A stretch of DNA of 25,636 bases from a virus (taxonomy: Duplodnaviria; Caudoviricetes), in the IMG/VR virus record IMGVR_UViG_3300012347_000041, positions 1-25,636 of that record. One strand, written 5' to 3'. The notes below the pieces were generated by a model. The model ran no database searches and was not told where the DNA came from. It worked only from the letters and a program-made list of their open reading frames with translations. Below, piece by piece: positions 9,028 through 16,741 of the stretch; within the stretch, counting starts at the first letter, position 1; each line of letters starts with the position of its first letter. A program made the translations under genes and the position numbers.

Positions 9028-10339
9028 GAGCTTGCCAATAATCCTGTCTTGGTGAAACGTGCCAGTAATCCAATCTTTGCGCTGCTTGCCAATTTGTCGG
9101 TCTTGGTGAAACGTGCCAAACTCTGTCCGACTTTTGGAAAATAGGAGCACAAACGTAAATATCTACCGCATTGCCCGATTCTACTACTGTGACTATGACA
9201 TAAGCAGTCGAATTAGTCGAATCTTGAGCGTTTGCAGCTTCGTCAATGTTTAGAGAGGCTGTGACTACCGTACTGATAATGTCTTGAGCTAATCCAGCTT
9301 CCGATACATTCGCCTGAGCGATCATGTTTGCAATTACTTGATCTTGAGCGTCTGCGCTCTCGAGCATTTGCAAATAAGCCGTCATTTGCTGAGACGCAGC
9401 ATCCGAAGCCAATCCTGACTCAACTACCGCCAGCAAAGCGATTATGTTTTGAGTTTGCACGTCTACGGCATTGGCAGCCTCAATAACAGCCAAATAAGCC
9501 GTTGCATTTTGAGAGACGCTATCTTGTGCGTTGGCAGCTTCAGTTACTGTAACCGTAGCAATCATATTTTCGCTTACGGTGTCTTGAGCATCTGCAGCTT
9601 CAGAAACAGTCAAGTCAGCCGTCATATCCTCAGAAACCGTATCTTGTGAGTCTCCAGCTTCATTTACAGAGGTTGGGGAGCTCATATTCTCTGACTGCTC
9701 ATCGACAGCATTTCCAGCCTCAAGTACGTCAACAGGCGCAGCCATTTCTGCAAACTGAGAATCTTCAGCCAAGGCAGACTCAGAAATAACTCCCTGAGCT
9801 GTCATATTCTCAGAAACGTCATCAACAGCGTTTGCAGCTTCTAAAACGGTTTGCGGAGCAGACATGGTTTCAGATTGATCGTCTAATGCGTTTGCAGCCT
9901 CAGAAACGTCAACTGGTGAGGTCATTGACTCTGATTGATCGTCAGTAGCACTGCCAGCTTCAGATACTGCTACTGGGGCATTCATGATTTCTGATTGGCT
10001 ATCCTGAGCGTTGGCAGCCTCTACTACTGAAATAAGCGCAGACATTGACTCAGATTGAGTGTCTGTAGCTGATCCAGCTTCGCTAATTGTCAATGGCGCA
10101 GCCATAGTCTCAGACTGTGTATCTGTTGAGCTTGCAGCCTCAGCGATTGTGAGGGGTGCGATCATAGCTTCAGAAACCGCATCTACGACAGACGCAGACT
10201 CAGAGACAGTGCTTGAAATCAAAATTACTACGGTTATGGCATCTTGAGCAGCCCCTACCTCAAGTACGGCAAGCTGCCAAATTGCTACTCCACTACCCCC
10301 GCTAAAAGGCGCAGACGATATGGGGCTAAAGCCAAACAT
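9020..10339 (-). CDS. Acidic protein with 19 tandem 20-aa repeats
   Basis: 439 aa. N-terminus MFGFSPISSAPFS; repeat consensus xEAANAQD.QSE.M.A...V; Trp-rich duplicated C-terminus. Confidence 0.8.
   Translation of the reverse strand: MFGFSPISSAPFSGGSGVAIWQLAVLEVGAAQDAITVVILISSTVSESASVVDAVSEAMIAPLTIAEAASSTDTQSETMAAPLTISEAGSATDTQSESMSALISVVEAANAQDSQSEIMNAPVAVSEAGSATDDQSESMTSPVDVSEAANALDDQSETMSAPQTVLEAANAVDDVSENMTAQGVISESALAEDSQFAEMAAPVDVLEAGNAVDEQSENMSSPTSVNEAGDSQDTVSEDMTADLTVSEAADAQDTVSENMIATVTVTEAANAQDSVSQNATAYLAVIEAANAVDVQTQNIIALLAVVESGLASDAASQQMTAYLQMLESADAQDQVIANMIAQANVSEAGLAQDIISTVVTASLNIDEAANAQDSTNSTAYVIVTVVESGNAVDIYVCAPIFQKSDRVWHVSPRPTNWQAAQRLDYWHVSPRQDYWQAHE
9046..9118. repeat. 19-bp exact direct repeat GTCTTGGTGAAACGTGCCA (9046-9064, 9100-9118)
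   Basis: Encodes the duplicated WHVSPR peptide at the end of the repeat protein. Spacing is 54 bp, which is in frame. Confidence 0.85.
9125..10264 (-). repeat. 19 degenerate 60-bp coding tandem repeats
   Basis: Residues 26-405 parse into 19 gap-free 20-aa units with invariant E at position 2 and D at position 8. The period is visible as aligned columns in the 60-nt lines. Confidence 0.85.
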
Positions 10340-10342
10340 GAC

Positions 10343-10705
10343 TTACCCAGCCGAGCTAATTACAGGCAGCCAAGAATGAGAAGATTGATCCCAATACCAA
10401 TCGCCATTTTTAGGTCTAGGAATTGGAGGTATCCAAAGACAGGTTTGCTCATCAAGAATCCAATCAGGGTATGGCTGAATTGGAATAAAAGCGTCTTTTA
10501 CAGGATCATATCCATAGCCAATTCCTGCAAAATTCATGCGTAAAGCTATGCCATCGTCAGGTTGACCATCTTGCCCATAATGGATCCCGCCTCTAGTGCT
10601 GTATGAAGTTTTAAGCCAAACACCTTCAAGAGTATCAATGTATTCTTGATCTGCAGAAATTACGTCAGTGACTTTATTGTCTTGAACTTTTGCGTAATAG
10701 CTCAT
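10343..10705 (-). CDS. Putative fibre-associated/chaperone protein partnering the Gly-rich protein
   Basis: 120 aa. Motifs W.KTSY.T.GG.H, LR.NFAGIGY.YD...DAFIP.QPYP.W.L.E.TC.W.PP.P.P and Y.WD....W. ATGA-coupled to the Gly-rich gene. Confidence 0.6.
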   Translation of the reverse strand: MSYYAKVQDNKVTDVISADQEYIDTLEGVWLKTSYSTRGGIHYGQDGQPDDGIALRMNFAGIGYGYDPVKDAFIPIQPYPDWILDEQTCLWIPPIPRPKNGDWYWDQSSHSWLPVISSAG

Positions 10706-11526
10706 GCTGTATATGTCCCGCTACCAGTAAATTTAATAATTGTATTTGCGCCTGAAGTGGTTATGGTTGGAGATCCAGTAACAGTACCGCTATAGCTTGC
10801 TGTAGGTACAGACAAAATAATAACTCCTGAACCACCGCCCCCAGTATTACCACCTAATCCTGAGCCACCACCCCCACCGCCTGTATTGGCAGCTCCTGAA
10901 GTTCCTGCCCCGCCAACTGACCCACTGCCAGCACCACCGCCACCTGACCCACCAGCACCCGGAATCGCACCATAACCGCCAGCACCGCCACCGCCACCGT
11001 AATCTACGTTTGTCCCAGTAATGGCAGAGGTTAATCCAGCTCCACCAGCACCGCCTACACTTAAATAGGAGCTAAATCCTCTTTGGCTTGCGCCACCGCC
11101 ACCGCCACCTATACCAAATCCGTCAGTTCCACCGCTTTGACTGCCAGCACCACCGCTTTGACCTTGCCCAGCAGTTCCGCTACCAAAGGTATTTTCAAAG
11201 TATGCGTCTCGTGCTCGACCACCACCGCCACCACATCCACCAGCATTTTGATAAAACCCGCCTCCAAAAGCGATAATATTTAAATTGTATGGATTTGCCG
11301 TAGTAAGGCTTGAATTGCCTCCATTGGTCGTGGAATTTACTCCAGCACCAGCTCCAACGGTTGCCGAATAAACAGTGCCTTTTACAAATACCAATGAGCC
11401 AGTTAATACCCCGCCACCCCCACCGCCACCGCCAATTCCTTGACCGGGACCGCCACCACCAACAATTAAGTAAGAGCCAGTGTATTGAGTAGATCCTAAT
11501 TTAGCGAGATTAACAGCGTTTGTCAT
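10702..11526 (-). CDS. Glycine-rich fibre / putative receptor-binding protein
   Basis: 274 aa. Motifs YLIVGGGG.G, GGGGGA repeats, ANTGGGGGG, GGSGVIIL and I.KFT.SGTYTA, a polyglycine-type domain seen in phage fibre modules. Confidence 0.7.
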   Translation of the reverse strand: MTNAVNLAKLGSTQYTGSYLIVGGGGPGQGIGGGGGGGGVLTGSLVFVKGTVYSATVGAGAGVNSTTNGGNSSLTTANPYNLNIIAFGGGFYQNAGGCGGGGGRARDAYFENTFGSGTAGQGQSGGAGSQSGGTDGFGIGGGGGGASQRGFSSYLSVGGAGGAGLTSAITGTNVDYGGGGGAGGYGAIPGAGGSGGGGAGSGSVGGAGTSGAANTGGGGGGSGLGGNTGGGGSGVIILSVPTASYSGTVTGSPTITTSGANTIIKFTGSGTYTA

Positions 11527-11529
11527 TTA

Positions 11530-11763
11530 TTAAACCTTTGGATACTTGATTTTTACCGCTTGGCAAGCGTCAATATAAGCCTGAATTTGTGCCTGATCGC
11601 CTTTAACTACTGCATCTAAATACTCTTTAATGTTAGGGTATTCCAAAGCTCTTTTGGCTTTGTAATCCATTGAGTTTGCATTGGCATCCCATTCAGCATG
11701 AATCTCTGCCACTTCTTCGGGGCTGCAATCGACTTCAATGCCGTTAACCATCTTTTTAAGCAT
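11530..11763 (-). CDS. Putative fibre assembly chaperone
   Basis: 77 aa, Y...R..EYP.I.EYLD......I..VK.KYPK pattern, directly following a fibre gene. Confidence 0.55.
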   Translation of the reverse strand: MLKKMVNGIEVDCSPEEVAEIHAEWDANANSMDYKAKRALEYPNIKEYLDAVVKGDQAQIQAYIDACQAVKIKYPKV

Positions 11764-13579
11764 TTTTTATTCCATATAACCAAAAGCGACCAGTGGAAAT
11801 ATTTCCTGAGTCCATTAAAAATCTTAAACCGTCAATGGTATTCGTGCCAGTCCAAGCATTCCCGACAACACCAAGCCATGTAGACCCTAGGTAATATCCT
11901 TGATAATTAATTTTATGTATATCAGAGGCTTGCCAAGGACACATAATATCAATAATCCAGTTGCCACCATTGTTTGCTACGTTTGCAATATTGTCTGCTC
12001 CAGCAGCATCTAAAGCTATTCCCGTTGCTGTACCAGCTTGACCTGTAGTTGCTTGTCCAGCAGTAGTCCATCGCCAGTTTTGCCACCAATAACCGCTTGT
12101 TTGAAAAACTCCGCTTGAAGATACTCTCATCAACAAGTTAACCGCATTATTTACTGGGACAGCGCAATCAATAATTACTCTGTATGCGCTATAAGATCCC
12201 GGCACTAATCCTGTGAAATCAATACTTGCTGAATTGCTTGCTGAAGCAGATCCAAGAAGCACCATTGAGCTACCTTGTGCTGCTGGAAATCCAGTGCAGT
12301 TTGCTAAATTGCCAGCAGAGGGAGTTCCCAAGTTAGGGGTCACTAACGTAGGGCTGGTTTGCAATACTGCATTACCTGTACCAGTTGCGCTCACCAATGA
12401 ATAGGGAGCGTAAGCTTGGAATGCCAACAAATCGCCAGCAATAGCACCAACAGCTAAAGTGACGCTAGTGCCATTAGTTGCTGTAAAGTCCGAAATCCCT
12501 AATTTTGATCCGTTTTGGTAAACCACCAAAAGACCAACGGTATAAGAGACAGTAAATACGGTTTGTCCAGCCGTTGCAGTTTGCTCGGTTGGAGTTATTG
12601 CATTGACTGGCAAAGTTGCGTTAGTCCAATAAGTGCCGTTGTATTGCAGCACTTGATTTGTTGCTGGAGACGTAATTTGAACGTTTGAGTCAGTGCCACC
12701 AAGCACTGAGCCATGATTAATCTCTACGGCAAAAGAACCTGATCCACCGGGTCCAGCCACAATGACTGTACCAATTTGGACTTTAATATTTGGGGCTACT
12801 GGCTTTGTTTTTGTTGGATTACCCGTTACTGGGTTGTACCAAATAACGTCACCGTCTGCCCATGTTTCGCTATAAGCGGAGCCGTCAGTCGTAATGCCAT
12901 GAATCACACCAAAAGTAGTGACTCGACCAAAACCATTTAATGCGATTGATTCGGTAGCAACACCAATAATCAAATTGCCGTCAGTAATTCCTGAAGTTGT
13001 AGGGGCAAACGTAATAACCCCGCTTGCGCCAACTACTCCAGTTTGTTTAATAAGTTGCAAAGGAGAATCGGTAATGGCTGCCGAAGCTTTACCATAGTAA
13101 AAAAGCTCCTCGCCTACTTGCTGGGTAATGTTGCCATTGCCCATGCCAAGGTTCCAAGCTCCAGTCGTGCCGTCATACCACATACGTCCAGCAGCAACTG
13201 TAGGGCTTGCTGAAGCGTAATCTACATATCCTTGACCACCAGCATTAAGTTTGCCAGCAGGGTCTAAAAGGATTGCTTTCCCCGCAGCATAGTCGCACCA
13301 AATATTTTGAGTGCCACTAGCAAAATTGGTTAGCGAACCTCCATTGGAGGACGCTAAGACTGTTGTTCTCGCTAAAGTGTTTCCAGTGGTCGAGTAAGTA
13401 CCAACACCGACTTCCCAATTTGCGCCTGTTTGATCCGCAATAGTGTAGAAAGTGGTATTGGTATTTCCAATAGCACTGGAAAAAGTTTGAAAGCCTGTAA
13501 CCGCACCTAGAAGGCTTACTGTGCCAGTACCGGGGGCTGAGCAGGTTTCCTGAACCCTGTCTTTAACGAGAAATGCCAT
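11756..13579 (-). CDS. Mosaic fibre protein
   Basis: 607 aa, Thr/Gly/Ser-rich. N-terminal L.KDRV.ET....GTG...L.GA..GF..F anchor, an internal TATAGQT.F...VYQNG..L domain, a V..TSPTLVTP.LGTP hinge and a C-terminal SASASNSASIDF...G.F.LYGIKN tip. Confidence 0.7.
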   Translation of the reverse strand: MAFLVKDRVQETCSAPGTGTVSLLGAVTGFQTFSSAIGNTNTTFYTIADQTGANWEVGVGTYSTTGNTLARTTVLASSNGGSLTNFASGTQNIWCDYAAGKAILLDPAGKLNAGGQGYVDYASASPTVAAGRMWYDGTTGAWNLGMGNGNITQQVGEELFYYGKASAAITDSPLQLIKQTGVVGASGVITFAPTTSGITDGNLIIGVATESIALNGFGRVTTFGVIHGITTDGSAYSETWADGDVIWYNPVTGNPTKTKPVAPNIKVQIGTVIVAGPGGSGSFAVEINHGSVLGGTDSNVQITSPATNQVLQYNGTYWTNATLPVNAITPTEQTATAGQTVFTVSYTVGLLVVYQNGSKLGISDFTATNGTSVTLAVGAIAGDLLAFQAYAPYSLVSATGTGNAVLQTSPTLVTPNLGTPSAGNLANCTGFPAAQGSSMVLLGSASASNSASIDFTGLVPGSYSAYRVIIDCAVPVNNAVNLLMRVSSSGVFQTSGYWWQNWRWTTAGQATTGQAGTATGIALDAAGADNIANVANNGGNWIIDIMCPWQASDIHKINYQGYYLGSTWLGVVGNAWTGTNTIDGLRFLMDSGNISTGRFWLYGIKNA

Positions 13580-13581
13580 GA

Positions 13582-13764
13582 TTAAACGGCAGCAATTTCA
13601 GTTTCTTTGAAATAACGCATTTGGTCTACACCTTCTGCGTCTTTGTACGAAACCAAGAAAATGATTTCGCCAGTGCTTTCGTCAAAAGCAAACTTATCAA
13701 CAGTTCCCACGATAGGAGCTTGAATGATCTGAGATACTTCTTGACCTTTAGTAAATTTAGGCAT
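13582..13764 (-). CDS. Hypothetical small protein of the fibre cassette
   Basis: 60-aa ORF with an AAGGA RBS, tightly packed with its neighbours. Confidence 0.6.
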   Translation of the reverse strand: MPKFTKGQEVSQIIQAPIVGTVDKFAFDESTGEIIFLVSYKDAEGVDQMRYFKETEIAAV

Positions 13765-13774
13765 GATTTATTCC

Positions 13775-14356
13775 TTAGAGGCTTAGTGAGTAAGTAACTT
13801 GCACAACGTTACCGCTATTAACAGGCTGATTGCCACCAGTGAATGCGCCAGCAGACAACAAAGTACCTGCAGTGCTCATCAATGTAGTAACTGCGCCAGT
13901 ACCGTAAGTAATAAACGCACCGACCAAAGTACCTGCGCCAGTCATTGTGAAGCTTACTGGAGTAGAGGTGGAAATTGCGCCAGCAGAGGCAGTACCAAAG
14001 CTAGGGGCTACACGAGCTGCAAAAGTTGGAGCATTAGTAGATCCAGCCTCATTCCAGCCAGTATGAGAAGCCATAGTATCGGCTGCAGAAACTGCTGTAT
14101 AGCCGATAGATGAGATCAAGCCCATGTATGGACCTACTACTGTATAAGCTGATCCAGTCAAAGAGGACTGGAGCATCAAGTTTTTGCCTAAAGTGCAAAC
14201 TACGTTATCGATCTTGTCTTCCCAAAGCAGGGGACCGCCTTCATATTCAAAACACTTGAAAGTGTAAACACCTTCAGCTTGGGCAGACTCGCCCATACCA
14301 GCGATTGAGGCAATGCTCATATTCGCTGATTCTACTGCGTTAAGTTGATCTTTCAT
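13775..14356 (-). CDS. Putative virion structural protein (fibre/appendage subunit)
   Basis: 193 aa, Thr/Gly/Ala-rich and beta-type (W.D...N.V...G; V.SG....VTYSL). AAGGA RBS; first gene of the fibre cassette. Confidence 0.55.
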   Translation of the reverse strand: MKDQLNAVESANMSIASIAGMGESAQAEGVYTFKCFEYEGGPLLWEDKIDNVVCTLGKNLMLQSSLTGSAYTVVGPYMGLISSIGYTAVSAADTMASHTGWNEAGSTNAPTFAARVAPSFGTASAGAISTSTPVSFTMTGAGTLVGAFITYGTGAVTTLMSTAGTLLSAGAFTGGNQPVNSGNVVQVTYSLSL

Positions 14357-14365
14357 TTTGTTTCC

Positions 14366-15196
14366 TTATTCGTCTAAATCAAAGTTGATGACTGGTTTGC
14401 AAATACAACGGCAATTTGGTAAATCACCGGGTAATCCCCGCACTTCTTCCCCGTACATTACCCCAATTACAGGGGGGCTGTCGAATGAATATTCATTACC
14501 CGACATTCTAATATGATTCTCTCTAGGCTCCTTACCACCGCCCGAGTGAATCCATATAAACTTCTTCACCCCGAGAGTTTTAAGTCTTGAAGTGTTGATT
14601 GATTGATAAGCCTTGCGAGTCTGATCTAGCGCAGTGTTTCTCGCATGACGGATATTGCCATTGTATTTTTTTGTCAGGAAGGGGACTAGATCCTCCATCC
14701 CTTTACCAGTTGTAATGCTTCTCATGACCTGCCCTTGGACTTCGGCTAGGTACTTTTGAGGAATAACTTTAATCAGGTTTGCAGCTTCTTGGGTGCTGGC
14801 TTTGATTACATCATTGATCTGAGCATTTCTAAAGGAAGTGTCAATCTTAAAATCCTCAGCAGCGTCCCTTAATGAGAGCCCCAGCGTTACGGCTGAGTTG
14901 CGAATAGTGCGCTCTATCATGCGCTCCGTTGAGCTCTTGGCGATGTCATTAAAGCGTTTTGACCATTTAGCCAGCAGCCAGTTCAAAAGGATACGAGCTT
15001 GGCTTGAAATGGACGCATCCATCGCAAATCCAAACTCATTCTCTTTAAACAGCTTTTTTAGTTGTCTCTCTACATCACGAGACATTAAGCCGATCAGATC
15101 AACTGTCGGCTTAGCGTAGTCGGCAGCAATACTTGCATTAGGTCGTAATGCGCCACCGACTATCCCATCAACGGGCTTTTTAGTTGCCTTCCGCAT
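14366..15196 (-). CDS. Head morphogenesis protein MuF (SPP1 gp7-like), short form without a toxin extension
   Basis: Motifs A.DQT.K, G..KFIW.HSG...PR..H and PG.LPNCRC; the protein ends just after the CRC motif. Confidence 0.88.
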   Translation of the reverse strand: MRKATKKPVDGIVGGALRPNASIAADYAKPTVDLIGLMSRDVERQLKKLFKENEFGFAMDASISSQARILLNWLLAKWSKRFNDIAKSSTERMIERTIRNSAVTLGLSLRDAAEDFKIDTSFRNAQINDVIKASTQEAANLIKVIPQKYLAEVQGQVMRSITTGKGMEDLVPFLTKKYNGNIRHARNTALDQTRKAYQSINTSRLKTLGVKKFIWIHSGGGKEPRENHIRMSGNEYSFDSPPVIGVMYGEEVRGLPGDLPNCRCICKPVINFDLDE

Positions 15197-15368
15197 CGGT
15201 TTCTTTAGCTGCTTTCTTCCAAATAGCTAGGTATTCGGGAGTCATAGAAGCTGCTACCTTTGCGTCTTGTTCTTTTTCGAGATCATTGCCATATTCAGCC
15301 ATGTCTCGCCCGTTCAGCTCTTTAAGCCATTCGGCTCGAGCTTCTTCAAAAGTCATCTTCTTAGGCAT
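15180..15368 (-). CDS. Hypothetical small charged helical protein
   Basis: 62-aa ORF with an AAGGAG RBS; overlaps both neighbours. Confidence 0.6.
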   Translation of the reverse strand: MPKKMTFEEARAEWLKELNGRDMAEYGNDLEKEQDAKVAASMTPEYLAIWKKAAKETDAEGN

Positions 15369-15573
15369 CTTCTTCTCCTTTCTTCATAAGGAATAGCTCC
15401 CAGTGAGCAGGGTGCATTCGACTTTTACCAGTTTCATAGTTACTCCATCGTGCTTGAGTAGTATAGATCAAACTAGCTGCTTTGGATTGGGATAAATGCC
15501 CTCGTGACTCAATAATCTCTTGAGCAGTGGGGACGTATCCCATCCCCCCTCTATTTCGTTTGTTGGTAATCAT
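15361..15573 (-). CDS. XRE/Cro-family HTH regulator
   Basis: I..SR..LSQSKAASLIYTTQARWSNYETGKSRM is an XRE helix-turn-helix. ATGA overlap at 15570-15573; an alternative start exists at 15543. Confidence 0.75.
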   Translation of the reverse strand: MITNKRNRGGMGYVPTAQEIIESRGHLSQSKAASLIYTTQARWSNYETGKSRMHPAHWELFLMKKGEEDA

Positions 15574-16169
15574 GCGTAAGCTGTCCAGTTGGCTTCTTCG
15601 TAAATTGGGACCCCAGCCACTACTGCAACAGGATTGATCCTGTAGGCACTGCTGAAGCTATTGACCCTGAAGTAAACGCTCTCACCACTAGCTTGAATGC
15701 GAACCCTTCTAGCCTCTCCGACAAAACGATTAGGAGCTGGGACGCAAACACCTTGATCTGCATATCCATTACCTTCACGCATTTGGCTGATTTCACGAAC
15801 TTGCATCATTTGACCGCTAACCGCAACAACTTGGTAGTAATCAATGTTTGTTTGGTCGTAACCCCACATTGCTTGGAAAATGTCACCGACATTTACCGCA
15901 GCATTACGGTTTGCAGCCACACGCTCAGCTCTACGCTGGGCAACACGATCACGCTGGGCAACAATACCAGCAATGTATTCGGCAATGTAAGCATTCATAC
16001 GCTCAGCATTGTTGAAGCGGTAGGCGAAATCAGCACGATTTCTGCGACCACTGAATCCCCTTGCGACATTGCGCTCAGGATCTCCAAAGACCTCGATACC
16101 CAAAGCTTCGTCTTGAGCCAACAAAACATAACCTTCAGGGACAAATCTACAACGCTCTTGAACTCTCAT
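15570..16169 (-). CDS. Hypothetical protein (GDIF...WGYDQTNIDYYQVV motif), Lys- and His-free
   Basis: 199 aa with a CACGAAAGGA-N7-ATG RBS and its own promoter. It has 0 K, 0 H, 2 T and 24 R (manual count). Confidence 0.8.
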   Translation of the reverse strand: MRVQERCRFVPEGYVLLAQDEALGIEVFGDPERNVARGFSGRRNRADFAYRFNNAERMNAYIAEYIAGIVAQRDRVAQRRAERVAANRNAAVNVGDIFQAMWGYDQTNIDYYQVVAVSGQMMQVREISQMREGNGYADQGVCVPAPNRFVGEARRVRIQASGESVYFRVNSFSSAYRINPVAVVAGVPIYEEANWTAYA

Positions 16170-16208
16170 TTTGATTTCCTTTCGTGATTAATCAAAGACA
16201 ACACCTTC

Positions 16209-16236
16209 AGTATATACCTATTTAGCATCGGGTCAA
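16209..16236 (-). promoter_or_regulatory. Leftward sigma70-type promoter
   Basis: TTGACC (16236-16231)-N16-TATACT (16214-16209), with an A-rich UP-like tract upstream. Confidence 0.65.
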
Positions 16237-16302
16237 GTGTTTTTTGATATTTTTTTGAGGTGTATTACAAATACAACACCCTAAAAATATTTCTCAAACC
16301 TC

Positions 16303-16331
16303 TTGACAGTATGCTTAATTAGTATGATACT
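16303..16331 (+). promoter_or_regulatory. Rightward sigma70-type promoter
   Basis: TTGACA (16303-16308)-N17-GATACT (16326-16331), with an AT-rich upstream tract. Confidence 0.7.
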
Positions 16332-16368
16332 AAGACTGTAGTTTGTTCTTCCACGAAAGGAGATTGAA

Positions 16369-16524
16369 ATGAATGCTTTGTTGGTTGTTCGAGGTTTCGG
16401 TAATCGGGTTCCCATCCAAGGTGAGCCAGTCCCGTTCCTCCAGTATGTCTTCGGAGCCGAACGTGCTGAGCGAATCATGCAGGGTTTGGATCGTAATTAC
16501 GCTGTTTTATTCCAAGGAGCTTAA
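16369..16524 (+). CDS. Hypothetical 51-aa protein (below the ORF track cut-off)
   Basis: CACGAAAGGA-N7-ATG. Translation MNALLVVRGFGNRVPIQGEPVPFLQYVFGAERAERIMQGLDRNYAVLFQGA*. Its 3' end supplies AAGGAG for the next gene. Confidence 0.7.
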   Translation: MNALLVVRGFGNRVPIQGEPVPFLQYVFGAERAERIMQGLDRNYAVLFQGA

Positions 16525-16526
16525 AA

Positions 16527-16721
16527 ATGAGAAACGCAAATAGAGTCATTGATCGCCAAGTCAATCAGATCTTCAATCGTATTGGCAACGGTATCCAGTT
16601 CGACATCATGGACCTCCGTTACATTGACGCTGCAGCCCGTAATGTTTTGCTTGCTGGTGGCAGCTTAGAGCTGGCTGAGGAAGCAATGGCTGGAGCAATC
16701 GAAGTTTACCGAGTCAACTAA
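16527..16721 (+). CDS. Hypothetical protein
   Basis: 64 aa, AAGGAG RBS; no K, H or T. Confidence 0.75.
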   Translation: MRNANRVIDRQVNQIFNRIGNGIQFDIMDLRYIDAAARNVLLAGGSLELAEEAMAGAIEVYRVN

Positions 16722-16741
16722 TTCCACGAAAGGAAAAAATC

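Noticed and set aside
9046-9118. 19-bp direct repeat as a DGR template/variable pair or att site
   Set aside because: It is too short, is an exact in-frame peptide duplication, and there is no reverse transcriptase or integrase in the window.
9028-9150. Longer start for the 8665 gene (161 aa)
   Set aside because: The extension is an alternative-frame reading of the repeat protein's C-terminus. ATG 9027, overlapping the upstream stop, fits better.
9125-10264. 60-bp periodicity as a CRISPR array
   Set aside because: The units are degenerate, in frame and protein-coding, with no constant repeat and unique spacer alternation.
10702-11526. PE-PGRS or collagen assignment for the Gly-rich protein
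   Set aside because: There is no PE domain or Gly-X-Y period. Context and partner gene indicate a phage fibre domain.
14366-15196. MuF polymorphic toxin
   Set aside because: MuF ends about 12 residues after the CRC motif, so it has no toxin extension.
15693-16187. 164-aa plus-strand ORF, and the other plus-strand ORFs opposite structural genes
   Set aside because: These are antisense shadows of well-supported minus-strand genes with no RBS or recognisable motifs. Only 16369-17218 has credible plus-strand genes.
16259-16280. Central 22-bp palindrome as a CRP/FNR site
   Set aside because: It does not match TGTGA-N6-TCACA or TTGAT-N4-ATCAA, so it is kept only as an unassigned site.
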